Below are positions 1 through 13,515 of a stretch of DNA of 64,000 nt, one piece after another. Position numbers and translations under genes: made by a program. Numbering within the stretch: the stretch's first letter is position 1; every line of letters begins with the position of its first letter. Source of the stretch: Amoebidium appalachense (lineage: Eukaryota > Protista > Ichthyosporea); assembly GCA_963693365.1 (NCBI GenBank), contig CAVNZM010000019.1, forward strand, positions 322,130-386,129, written 5' to 3'. The notes beneath the pieces were generated by a model that worked only from the letters and a program-made list of their open reading frames with translations, was not told the DNA's origin and did no database searches.

Positions 1-435
1 AAAATTGACTGGTTATGATACAGTATTGATGTGATGTGAACGTCGCGATTTACAACACTCCAAGCACGCCAATTTGAAAACAAAACCGAAATATTAATTT
101 GAAAACAATACAGAAATATTTAAACCCGATTTATACGAACATTTTTGCCATTGTTTTCCTATTGAACAGGTTGTTGTTTTAGTTTCTACTCAGAGTTCGG
201 AAAAGCGACTCGCGGTCAGGGTTATAACCGAATTGGGATCCCTGAAACAAAAACCCAAACAAAGATTGAAAAAACGGACCCCCATCCACAACAGACCCAA
301 GCTCTGTTTAGTTGTTTTTGCGCCGAAGGACACTTTCGCACCCTGGCAAAGCCACTGGGACCAATCAAATTGGCTATAGGACCCATATAACACCATCACT
401 GCTTCGGATGCTGCCAGTCTTGCAAACCTGCAGCT

Positions 436-1452
436 ATGAACCACAAGCCAAACGTTAACCTGTGGCGCCTGCGCGACAAGCTCTTCCAAGCGACAACACC
501 GGCCAGCGAGGCAGCGCTCATGGGCGTTCCCGTCTTCGGCGAATTCGACATGCACTCGCCCCCAGCCAACATGCACTCGTTCCCCGCCAACACAAAACCT
601 GCACGCGCAATACCGCCCAAAGACGACTGCGTGCATGCACAGCCTTCCCAACCCCCTTTTGCAGTTGTGCACGCACCGCCCCTGTGCAGCAAGGACGTGC
701 GAGTGTACCCGTTGCAGACAACATGGCCACCACCACCGGGCAAGATTCCGCTACGCAGGATTCTCCCGTACAAGACTTCAGGTGCTGCGGCCAGCGACGT
801 GGAACAAAAGCAACGGGATGTATTTTATTGGAAGGCAGGGGCGAATCCAAGTAGATGTGGACGGTACTTACGCAAAAACAAGATGGGGGCCTCCAAAAAA
901 CTCACCTCCCCGCGCCTACCAGTGGCAGTCAACGCCGAACCCAACGCGCCCTGGCGACCACTCTCTTTTCCGGATTTGGACACGGAAGAGACCACAGAGG
1001 CAGCGGATAGGGAGAACGCAGCAGCGCCCCCAAGCAGCCAGGTGTGCGAAGCAGCAGCGCCCCCAAGCAGCCAGGTGTGCGAAGCAGCACGCGAGCCGCT
1101 CGTGTACGAGGACCACAGTTCCGTCGACGTCGACGACCAGGTGGCCTTCACGGGGCAGATGGTATCCACGAGCAGCCCCCAGTCGGAGACAACGGGAGAG
1201 CAGTGCGAGATCTGGGTGTCTGTCGATCGATCTCCGCACCCCCCATACATCTACTACAACGTGAAGCATGTCATAGTGCAAGTAACAAACAAGGGTTCTA
1301 AAATACACATCGCATACGAGGAGGCCTCCTCCAACCAGCTGTGGCAACTGCAATTTAAGGACAACAAGAAGCCTTTGCATGTAGTCATAGGAGGCAATGG
1401 AGAAAACACTGTTGCGGTGAATGAGGTGTGGGTGTGCATTCGACCAGGATAG
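436..1452 (+). CDS. Hypothetical protein, 338 aa, Pro/Ala-rich with a beta-rich C-terminus
   Basis: ATG-to-stop ORF preserved at identical length in copy 50376-51392; CCAAT and TATA-like motifs upstream; internal AAAPPSSQVCE duplication. Confidence 0.7.
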   Translation: MNHKPNVNLWRLRDKLFQATTPASEAALMGVPVFGEFDMHSPPANMHSFPANTKPARAIPPKDDCVHAQPSQPPFAVVHAPPLCSKDVRVYPLQTTWPPPPGKIPLRRILPYKTSGAAASDVEQKQRDVFYWKAGANPSRCGRYLRKNKMGASKKLTSPRLPVAVNAEPNAPWRPLSFPDLDTEETTEAADRENAAAPPSSQVCEAAAPPSSQVCEAAREPLVYEDHSSVDVDDQVAFTGQMVSTSSPQSETTGEQCEIWVSVDRSPHPPYIYYNVKHVIVQVTNKGSKIHIAYEEASSNQLWQLQFKDNKKPLHVVIGGNGENTVAVNEVWVCIRPG

Positions 1453-1816
1453 TGGTGTGGGGTGTTTGCTGGGTGGGTGAGTGTGTATGGGAGAGAGGAA
1501 TGCTATACCCGTAATATAGACAGGGCAGTGTGTACAAGTACCACAATGTGATATGCTATGATATGCCCCAACCCATACATGTGCAAATGTGCAAACCAGC
1601 GCAAATATCCCATCGTTTGTTTCTTACGATGTCTTCTCGTAAGCACGATTTGGTGCAAACATCATCTATGTATCTGAATCCTAACATGTAAGCGAGACTT
1701 CACGACAGCAAGAGTGAATAAACGCAAAAGTCAATACATAACCACACTTGGACGTATCTGAAACATGCATGTGCGTATGTGTGTGTGGTGTGCATGTGTG
1801 GTGTGTGTGTGTGTGG

Positions 1817-1884
<68 letters not shown>

Positions 1885-1962
1885 TATGTGTGTGTGGTGT
1901 GTGTGTGTGTGTGGTGTGTGTGTGTGCCTGTGTGTGCGTACAGATGTACAGATGCCAAGTCT

Positions 1963-3242
1963 TCACGATTTATTTTGCGGGGTGCCCGTGGTGGCCGGCA
2001 CCCACACATTTTGCCACCCAGAGGGGAAAAGCATCCACAACCACTCACCCTCGGGGGAGTTGGGGTCTTCAACTTCTAAATTCTCGCATACAGTATCTTT
2101 AACAGGCGGTGTGAGCGGGCTTGGGGATGGGTATGGGCTTGGTGGAAGATATGTGCATGGTGGGGGTTGGGGAGAGAAATGGGTGTTTGTGTGGGCTTGT
2201 GGGGCAGGAACAAGTCTTCGGGGGGGCCAAGCCCGGTCGCAGCTGTCGTCTACGGCCAACAAGCAGCCTCGCACAGCCGTCCACACCATGCTGATGCTGC
2301 AGGACGAGTGTGTGGCAGTCGGCACACACGAGCACGGTGGCAGGGCATGCAAAGATGTGCAGGCAGTGTGGACAAGGACAGGAATGGAAGCGGAGGGGGA
2401 GGTCGGCGGCCACGTAGGCCTGGGGTGTGCCGGGTGAAGCTGGGCGGCGGCGGCAGCTGCACAAGGGGCAGTATTCGAGGGCGGGGGTGTACTTGTCAGT
2501 GACAAGGTGGCGCAGGCGACCCGCACGCATGTGAGCGAGAAAGGCCTCCGCATTGCGGTAGTGTGTGCATGCACAGACGGGGGAGGCACATTCGGGCACG
2601 GGAGCGGGGAAGCCAACGTGCCACATGGCACATGCAGGGTTGTGCGGGGCCATGCGGTGGGCGGTGGGGAGGGGGTCTGGGATGTCGGGTATGCACGTGC
2701 ACGTGACGGGTATGGTGGTCAGCAGGGAGTAGACGGCATTCCAAGCCCGCCGACGCTGTGTGTTGATATAGTTGTGGGTGCGACGGGCGATGCGGAAGGC
2801 ACAGTGGGTGCCGCTACGGCATGTGTCGCAGCAGCCGGGGAGGCCGGGCACGGGAGAAGAGTGAGTCGACAGCGAGGTGAAGCACGAATAACACAGATGG
2901 GGAACACTTGTTGTCGCAAGGGTCAGGCAGTGGTCGCAGCCACAAACAAAATGGGTGATGGCGGGGAAGTGTTTTGCCTTCGTCTTGAGATGCGGGGTGT
3001 TGTGGTAACCGCAGACGGCACACGCGTCGGAGGAGCCGCCACAGACGCGAAGGTCTGTGCAACGAGTGCATTCACAGCCTTCAACGGGCTTTGGGGGTGA
3101 AGGGAGGGGCGGGGGGAGTGGGTGGGGGGAGTGGGGAGTTCATGTTTTGCAAGGGTGGGTGAAGAGAAATCGCTGTGAGCGAAAGGTGAAAAAACGAAAA
3201 GGTGAACAAACGAACCCGATTGGAGTGAGAGTTGATGTCCAT
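1963..3242 (-). CDS. Cys/His-rich (multiple CxxC) protein; frame breaks at homopolymers or a 5' intron; boundaries approximate
   Basis: Many CxxC motifs (CTRC, CAVC, CDHC, CDTC, CPLC, CPHC, CADC) when ORF pieces of this copy and of 52010-53272 are joined; the two copies break frame at different G-runs. Confidence 0.55.
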
Positions 3243-3624
3243 GTGACACTGTTTGCCTGTCACACAATCTTCAATTAAAAATGCCATCGCGTCATGGAAA
3301 TCTCCCGCAAGCGACAAAAACGGTGGGGTTTATTAATGAAACGCAATTTACATGGCAATCCGCGCCGCGGAATGCGATTTAATCAGACAAGATCGATAAA
3401 CCCCCCTTTCTCCTCAAAGATCAAAGGGTGGTGATCAGACGCCAAATGATCTGATTGGTCAGCTTTATATCACGTGACATGATAAGATTATGACACATTT
3501 GATAAGCAGGCATTGGGTTATTGGGGCTGTCGAGCTCAAGTGCGAGACAACGCGCAACGTTTAGCGGCTATTGTTGATGATTATGTAGGTGTATATAAAG
3601 ACTGAAATGCCAACAGAAGAGGCC

Positions 3625-3937
3625 ATGGCTCCAACACAAAACCCCAAACCGGCTGCACCTACGATGCCGAACCTAAAAGCAGCAAAGCCCAAACCCACCA
3701 GTACAAGCGCGCCCAAACCGGCTGCACCTACGATGCCGAACCTAAAAGCAGCAAAGCCCAAACCCACATGCACAAGCGCACTCAAACCGGCTAAAAAAAA
3801 AGTATGTATCCCAGGACAAGTGCCCCAACAACTCCAAATCGTGCAAGCTTGCGCGGCGCTGCCCCGTGTGCACAGGACTCGTGCGACGCATCCATCCGTA
3901 CATGTCCGCCCAACCTAAAGACTCCGATCCATCCTGA
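3625..3937 (+). CDS. Small Lys/Pro/Ala-rich basic protein with a C-terminal Cys4 motif; frameshift in an A-run
   Basis: Copy 53671-53982 is intact (…KKKYVSQDKCPNNSKSCKLARRCPVC…); TATA (gtatataaag) upstream; 69-nt internal duplication. Confidence 0.6.
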
Positions 3938-4864
3938 AGCATGCACACTCTTCGTGTCCGGCCGGGGTGTCCGGGCGCTCCTGCATGGCATAGAAGAAGG
4001 ACTTGGGCTCCATGGGCAACTGCTGTATGCCGGCAAAGGCCTTCTCCAGGGACCGACCCAGCTTCCCCAGGTCGCGCAGCTGGGGGTCCATGAAGGTGCT
4101 GCTGGCTGGGACGCCGTGTGGATGGTGCACGTCAACGTCCAGAGCCTCCAGGGCGCGCGAGAGAAACGTGTAGAGGTGCAACGTGTTGATGTCGAGCGCA
4201 GACGTTATCGAAACGCCCGTGTCTATATTGATGCGCTGGGCAAGCACCTTGAAAACCAGCGCCTCGGCGTGCTGGGCGCAGATGTTGCGGGTCTTGAAGC
4301 GGGAAGTGACTTGCACGTTTGCGACCTTTTCAAGGATGGTCACCAGGCTGTGGACGTCAAGCACGGATGTCGAGCTGAGTGTGGCCACCAGGAAACCGAC
4401 AAAGGTAGCGCGAATGTGGCGGGTGGCATCCAGAGGGGTGGTGGAAGGGCGCGCGCCACGGGTCTTCTCGTAGAGCCGGGTTTCGTGCAAGTGCAGCGCC
4501 TTGCTGCGGGCGCTGTTAAACCACCCCAGAAAATCGAGGGCCAGGGGGGACTCGTACAAGACCTGGGTGGTCAGGTGAAGAAACGCAGCCGGCGAGACCA
4601 GTATGATGTTACCCTTTTTGCAGTAGTGTGGGGTACCCTGTAGGGATCATCAAAGATCAGCATGGATTGAGTATGGTGGGGGTGGGTCACCCTTCGGATC
4701 CGAGAACACGGGAAAGAGATAGTCAAGGATACTGAGAAAGAACATACCCACGCAAAAAGCTACCGCCGCCACGGCCACTATGGTGCCCGGATCCACCATT
4801 TAGTAGGGGTGTTGATAAAGTGCCGAGCAACAATTAGCTTTTTGTGTGTGTGTGTGTGTGCGTG

Positions 4865-4912
<48 letters not shown>

Positions 4913-5655
4913 GGGGGGCTGCCTACCGGGTCTGTGCTTGGCACACCGCCGACGACGTTGGCGATTTTGGCCTGGTCCAGACGGTCCCGGATCTCATTGA
5001 TGTCCCTGTAGCCGAGAAGCGCACAGATACTACCAGCGTCCAGGTAGAAGAGTTTGTCCCTGCTCGCGGCATACGGGAGCGTGCAGTTGACGAACGGTAC
5101 AAAGCACAGCGGGTGAAGTCTGTCGAACGCCTGTTTCAACAGCTGCGAAACGGGCTGGGGTGCAAGATGGCGCCTCCAATCACTAGCTGTGGCAATCGCT
5201 TTGATTTCACCAGGTGGCTTTCTGGTCATTGAAATGTTAGCGCGCGGGCGCTTTGATTGTCTCGTGTCAGAATCGTGGTTCTCGGCAGACCCGAGCTGGT
5301 CAAACCATGTTGTGGCTGGCGTGGTTGTGGTGGGTGGTAGCGTGGGGGCTTGAGTGGCGACCGCTTGCAGATGCAGATGTGTGGGAACAGGACGCGCCGC
5401 CGGGGAGAGGGGGATTGTCTCGCCGCAGACCATGTCGAAGTCGAAGACGTGGTTCTGGCCGTGGCTCGTGGCTGTCGTCGGGGTGGGGGCATAGAGCATG
5501 GAGCCATCACCTAGTTGGTTGTCAAAAGCAGAAAAATCGTCGGCGGTCAGCGGAACGAAGTCGGTACTGTGTATGATACCCAGGTCGGGTTGTGGGGTGG
5601 GTGGAAACGTGAAGGTGCTGTATGAGACAGGCGCAGCGCCATGTGTCGTGTACAT
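3915..5655 (-). CDS. Spliced gene (exon 1 5655-4927, exon 2 4637-3915, ~483 aa); distant paralog of the MSV199/AntA-like family
   Basis: Donor CCG|GTAGGC and acceptor CTACAG|GGT join in phase 0. [12 protein letters not shown] resembles ISGRAVFKLLGY, and QRINIDTG…[10 protein letters not shown] resembles ERIRLWTG…DMTTQQLYTF. Both splice sites are conserved in copy 2. Confidence 0.7.
4650..4799 (-). CDS. 49-aa single-pass membrane micro-protein with PPPY motif, nested in the predicted intron
   Basis: [49 protein letters not shown]; copy 54692-54847 differs mainly by third-position changes and one in-frame 3-nt indel. Confidence 0.55.
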   Translation of the reverse strand: MVDPGTIVAVAAVAFCVGMFFLSILDYLFPVFSDPKGDPPPPYSIHADL

Positions 5656-6217
5656 TTTGCCTGTGTTGCCTGAGTATCTGTGTTTGTAGAATGCAATGGC
5701 ATCGGCCGAGTGGATGTGACCTTATATACTTGCTTGGCAATTCCGCGACATATGATTGGATGTCAGACTTTGTTATTTGAGTGGATTCTATTGGCAGCCA
5801 CGCTGGATTGGCTTTTTGGTGATCTTAGTCCCAGAGTAGTGCAAAACGACTCAAGATATTTCCGAGCCGCTAATGCACTCAATGTTTACAAATGCAACAT
5901 CAAAACATTGACGTAGTACCTACAGTTTCTCGGATGGTTTAACCTTCTTTGATTTAATCGAGTTAAACACAACCTTTTACCCATCAAACATTTCATCACC
6001 AAGGGCTTCTTTGAAATCGATGCTCGACCAATCGCAGACAACCAATCACAATTAACCAATCAGATATGAATAGAATGTTCACTGAAGTCTCAAGCCAAAG
6101 AGCACAAGTTCGATATCCAGTAAATTCGCGCTTCACATATGAACCCACTATGTTATCATGATTTTTATTGTTTATTTCCCATATATACAGACATACATGT
6201 TCCCACATAATTTCATG

Positions 6218-6595
<378 letters not shown>

Positions 6596-6914
6596 TATCT
6601 GGTTATTGGTAATAAACAATGACACCACACCAACAAAATTGAGTCGGGTGCGAGCCAAACCATTTTTTTGTGTTGTGTGTGTGTGTGTGTGTGTTGTGTG
6701 TGGTGGGGGGGGGGGGGGAGGAGGGAGGGAGCGCAGATCCTTGCTTTGCACACTTTGTACCGTCTGTAATCACTTACCTGCTCACTCAAGTGAATTCGAA
6801 GCACACAGATGTGATGGTGTGTGTGTGCGTCTGTGTGCACACGTGTGTGTGTGTGCACACGTGTGTGTGTGGTGTGTGTGCACACGTTGTGTTTGCGTGT
6901 TGTGGTTTTTTTTT

Positions 6915-7037
<123 letters not shown>

Positions 7038-7320
7038 TTGGGGGGGGGGGGGGGGGGGGGCTGTGGTGTAGGAAAGGATGGTAGGTCCAACTGTATCTGT
7101 ATCTGGGTATTGGTTCACATTAACGAGAGTTTATTCTTAAGTCTTGGATCAAATCCCTGCACTATGCCTGGAACTCTCCGATCGGCTCTGGGGACATCAT
7201 CATTTTTCCGTCATTTACACAGAGCACCAGAGGTGGTTCGGGCGGATCGGTTTGCTCGTTCTATAACTCTAGCGCTATACACTAACACCCCCAAGCGACC
7301 AGCGCTACACAACCCACACT

Positions 7321-9211
7321 TCACTCACTATCACTGTCCGCAATCACCACAACATCAACGGGCCCCTCGTGCTTCTGCAGGTGCGCGACCTTGCGGCGAC
7401 GCCCCAGCCGCCCGCGCTGCACATACACGTCGAGCTGTGTCTGCCCCTTGATCTGCTCGCCGCGATCGGCCAGGGGCGTGTCGAGGCTGACAGTGCGCCC
7501 GAGGTCCAGGGGGCGGATGTTGGGGAACTTGTCCTGGATAGCGCCCAGCCAGACGGCCATCTCAATTGGCACCCCGATGTCTGTGGGGACCACCACCTTG
7601 TCGTCAAGGGTGGACTGGAACAGCTGTCCCCTGCAGAAGCCGACGTACCAGCCCACAAAGTTGTTCATAAACGTGTAGAGCTGCTGCGTGGTCATGTCCA
7701 TCCAGCAGGTCAGCACGTGTCCGGTCCACAGGCGGATGCGCTCCTTGATGGCGCGCTGCAGCCCGTTGGTTGCCGCCGCAACCGACAACACATTGGTCGG
7801 GAACAGCACGCACACACCGGTAACGGCCATCACCATACTTGTGTACTTGCCGGCACAGCGCACTTCGTGGCCTTCCAACGTCCCCACACACATGGAGATG
7901 AATGCCCGAACCAGGCGCCGGAAGTCGGTGTTGTCAATGTACTTGGCATCGGCTGACTGCGGCCCCAGCTTGACGCGTTCGAGGGCGGCGACCAGGGGTG
8001 CGAGCGCCTCGTCCAGTGCGGTCTCGGCTGCCTGCTTGGGATCCTCAAGGGTTGCACGAGCCTCCGCAGCAGCGACAGCTTCAGCCTCTGCAGTGGCAAG
8101 AGTTGCCAAAAAGGCCGTGTACTTCCCGTCGTTGAGGTTGCGCATGAGACGCACAAACCCCTTCTCGATGTCAAGGGCCAGCCCACGGAAATCGCGAGCC
8201 AGCCAGCCCGAGTTCGCATCCGAGCCCATGATAGCGGCCATCCGAAAGCCCTCTGGTTTCAAAAGGTGATCTTGTTCGGTACGGCCACCGATGCTCTGTG
8301 GACAACAAGGTTAGCGATGAGTCTTTTTTTTTTTGCGGGTCATATATGGAGCCCTACAACGATGGATACCCCATATAACAGCGAAAGATTGATGAGCGAG
8401 CTAAACCTTACATGGGGAAGGGCGCAGGAGGCCATAAGAAGAGCAATTATCCGAAATAAATGGAAGAACAACAAGGATTACCGAAGCAAAGCCATGCCAT
8501 CAACCGGGGGGCGGCCAAGAATTTCATACAAGTTTACACGCCAAGCTTTTGAAACAATTGTAAAAAGCTTCAAACCATCAGGCAAACAAGCAGAAGAAAT
8601 TGTTCGTGTGCGGCTGCAACAACGAGAGGGCGGGAAAAAGCAACGAATAGCACGTGGGGAAATTGATCTCTTAACCGATAAAGATGTAATCGAAGTGAAA
8701 CATGTTCGTGGTTGGAAAGGTGCACTCGGACAAATTTTGGTGTACGGGTTGGAATTTCCAAAGCACACAAGAAGAATCCATCTCTTCGGGGAGGCGCCAC
8801 CCAGCTATTACGCAGACGTCGTTGGCTGTCTACTGAGGTTTGGAATCTCCGTTTCCATAGAGCCCGGGGAATGCGATATAGCAAAACTCAACGAGTACCT
8901 CAACAACTCACCTTCTCAACCACCCGGTACTGGTGGGCAGGCATCGCAGCAGGAACACCATTCTGCCCCTTGAACATGACCCTCACGAAGTCATTGTACC
9001 TCCGGTACCCCAGCAGCTTGAACACGGCGCGCCCGGAGATGGTCTCGGTGCTGTCCAGCAGGAACGGGTCCAGGAAGCGCAGCACCTTGACCACCACGTC
9101 GTCGCCCACGGTGCCCAACAGGCGCTCGAGCTCGGGGGAGATGGGAGGGAAGCCAGCCTCGCAGGCACCGGCAATGTTGAGGCGCTCGTAGATGGCGTAG
9201 GTGGAAGCCAT
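7321..9211 (-). CDS. Spliced gene (exon 1 9211-8912, exon 2 8295-7321): MSV199/AntA-like DNA-binding domain, coiled coil, and C-terminal domain with PIP-box-like motif
   Basis: Exon 1 is exactly 100 codons ending AAG|GTGAGT; branch point GCTAAC and acceptor TCCACAG|AGC; the splice gives YRVVEK|SIGGRTEQDHLLKPEGF, in frame with ORF 7321..8262. Confidence 0.8.
8362..8973 (+). CDS. PD-(D/E)XK restriction-like nuclease with an N-terminal AntA/MSV199-like domain, antisense within intron 8296-8911
   Basis: Motifs E…GEIDLLTDKDVIEVK…WKGALGQILVY…RRIHLFG; N-terminal KDY…STGGRP..Y.FT; near-identical copy at 35643-36254. Confidence 0.8.
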   Translation: MDTPYNSERLMSELNLTWGRAQEAIRRAIIRNKWKNNKDYRSKAMPSTGGRPRISYKFTRQAFETIVKSFKPSGKQAEEIVRVRLQQREGGKKQRIARGEIDLLTDKDVIEVKHVRGWKGALGQILVYGLEFPKHTRRIHLFGEAPPSYYADVVGCLLRFGISVSIEPGECDIAKLNEYLNNSPSQPPGTGGQASQQEHHSAP

Positions 9212-9597
9212 GGTCACTGGTTGTGTGTTGTGTGTGTACCGTAAAGGTGCTGGCTGTCCAGCGCTTGCTGTGTTTATATAGGGGGCATCCGGCGTTTCAT
9301 TGGTTGTTCGCTTCATTGGTTGTAGGAGGAGAGGAATGGAATCCAGCATTCGATTGGAGAGAAGTGCAAAGAATACTGGTCCCAGATGATTGGGTCGATT
9401 TGTTCGGCGCTACGTGCACTTTTTACACATATGCTGCATGCCATTCCCCTAACCAATCGAATGCTGCATTCCACCCCCTCCTTCTACACCCAATGAAGCG
9501 CCGTTTTACGGTGCTCACACACCCGTCACAACCCCTGTAACTCCAAAGTGCCAACTTTTCAATTCTAAATTATAATAGCGCTATCATCAGTAGTGTG

Positions 9598-11073
<1,476 letters not shown>

Positions 11074-11092
11074 TGTTTGTGTGTGGGTGGGG

Positions 11093-11137
<45 letters not shown>

Positions 11138-11180
11138 GGAGGGGGGAAGCACAAAGATATACACACGGGCGTGGGGGGGG

Positions 11181-11217
<37 letters not shown>

Positions 11218-11518
11218 GGATTTGGGGATGGGGGAAGGGGGTGTGTGTGTGTGTGTTTTGGGGGGGAGGGGTGTGTGTGTGTGTGTGTTTTGGTGGGGGG
11301 GGGGGAGGGTTTTTTTTTTTTTTTTGGGGGGCAGGGGGATATGGGGGCACAAAAGCACATACACACGGGCGGGGGGGGGGGGACTCTGCCGGGCGAGGAC
11401 TCCTGTTCAGACCGAACCGGACCAGACTGCGGTCCAAAGGGGTCGGACCGGACCGGAAGGGGGTGTTTTAATGCATTTTTACAACCACGTTTTCACTTCG
11501 CCAAGCCCGTTGGCCTTA

Positions 11519-13221
11519 TCAAGCACACACCAGATTCCCGAGAAAGTACCCTCTTGCCTTATGGCACGGATAGCCGGGCTTTCCTAAACGGTTCCTAGGG
11601 AATTTCACAGCATAAACTTCCCCTTTTTTATGGCGCATCACCTCTATCTTGTCTATAGCCCTAAAATACACAGTTACCTGCTTGCCCAAAAACCTAGCTA
11701 CTTCATCCGTAGACAGAGGCGCTCGTGCGAAAGTCCTGCTCTCACTGCTAGCCTTCTTGTGGAACAGGTCCCTGAGGTGACGAAGAAGATAGACCGCACC
11801 ACAGGGGGCCGATTCCTTGAGCCGATTGAAGAATTTGCTAACTAGCCGCTCCCTGTGAGTGGGCGTCCTCTTGGTGCGCTTAGCACTTCTGGTGTCGGCG
11901 GCGCGGGTGTCCGAAGCAGGGCGCTTTTGGGGTGCTGTGTGCTGCGCGTCGGCCTTGGCGAGAAGCCCCTGGATCTCGTCGACAACCCGTTTTCCTTTGG
12001 CGCGGACGATATCCGTGTCCGTGCTATCCCGCACGCCGTCGACCAGTAGGATGAGGCTCTCCAGTGTCTGCTGATAAAATACAAGGATGCGGTTGACGCC
12101 GCGTTCGTCGTAGACGGGGTTGTCATAAATTTCATCGCGGTAGGCCCGCTCGAACCCTCGGGCACTGCTGATAATATCTTGTAGCCGTTTCAGTTTATCC
12201 TCTTGCGCGGCACGCCGTTCCTCTGTCACTGTGCTCTCCTGTTCGTGTTCCGTCTCCTTTACACCCATCTCCTCGTTATCACAGTCGTTACACAACGGAT
12301 GATCCTCCCCGTGTCCCTCAGGCATTTGGGTCTCCCCGCCCCCGTCCGCCTCGACCATTTCCCCGTCTGCCCCCGTCCCTCCATCCCTGTCTGCCCCGTC
12401 CACGACCTCCGCCACATCCACGATATTCGCCACATGCCCCCTCTCGGCATCCATCACCGTCTCCTGTTCCCTCTGTTCGTTTGTTCCCATCCTTCTCAGT
12501 TCTATCTCGAGGCGTGTATTTTGTATACGGAGTTCCATCATCCTCTCGTCGTGCCGACGCTTCATCTCGCGCTCGTCGTGCTCAAGTTGGAGTTTTAATT
12601 TAAACTCCTCGTGTTGAAAACCCGCTACTTTCGCGGCGAGTGCAGTCGCTTCTGCCTGCTTCGCCGCTACGTGCAGTATGGAGTGGTAGTTGTGCTCGTC
12701 GCCAGGCTCACCGTGGTGTACAGCCTGCTCGTAGTTAGGCAGGGGGGGTGGCAACAAGAGTGGGTTCTGTTTACCCGCTGTCGACGCACTCGCGTTGTTT
12801 GCAGAGACGTCATGTGTGGGGTTTTGGTGGGGCGCAAGGGTGGCCGGGTGGGCGGCGTCGTGTGATTCTTTCGCGCATTTGAACTACTTGGTCCACTTGG
12901 GTCTGAGAGGCGCCTATCGCGCGGAAGAAGCGCTCGCCGTCTGCCTCTAAAAACTCCGCGGATGTGGCGCTCTCGGTGGCCATTAACATTTGGCTGATTG
13001 TGTCCGCAGGGGCAAAGTAATAGTGGGAGCCACGTGCACCCGAGACCGTGGTAAACAGAGCACGATTCCGCTGCAGCATCAGTTTCATGGCCTTTATTGC
13101 CGTGCTCCGCATTCCGTTATAAGCTACGGTAAAGCAGTCGACGACGTCGAATTCTCCATTTTTTTTTTCGTACTTCAAACAATTTTCCATTACTTCTGAT
13201 GAAATGGAGAAGAGATGTCAT
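11519..13221 (-). CDS. Probable single gene with 2 frame breaks: Bro-N-like N-terminus, coiled coil, acidic linker and BAG domain
   Basis: BAG-like helices [14 protein letters not shown]…[22 protein letters not shown] in ORF 11519..12757; upstream ORF 12810..13190 extends to [28 protein letters not shown] across a T-run. Confidence 0.6.
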
Positions 13222-13515
13222 CGTGCAGTACAGCATCGCGCAGATTCGAAACTACAGAGACTGTGCCGATCAGCAGCCACCGTGATGGTCCATATTATAT
13301 CGCTCATCAAAGGTTTGTCACGAACCCCGCAGTCCCATTGGCTGCACTAACGATTGTTTGTCTACACACACACATATATATATATACATGTACCTGTCTC
13401 TACATAGTATAACATCGGCATACATAGTGTACTTTTACATCCATACTAATGTTTATATTTAAAATATAAGTATATATGTTTATAAGGTAGAAAGTAATAA
13501 AAAGCCCAATGTTTA

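Noticed and set aside
3804-4643. 279-aa plus-strand ORF conserved in both copies (also 53849..54688)
   Set aside because: It is an antisense shadow of exon 2 of the minus-strand gene, which shows family homology; no independent motif.
8296-8911. Group I/II intron or intein explanation for the nested nuclease
   Set aside because: Only ~65 nt of non-coding intron remains, too little for a ribozyme core; the boundaries are GTGAGT…CTAAC…CAG and the ORF is antisense.
8900-9349. MASTY ORFs as stand-alone ~103-aa proteins
   Set aside because: Similarity between copies ends exactly at GT donor consensus sites, and in-frame acceptors complete the domain, so they are better read as exon 1.
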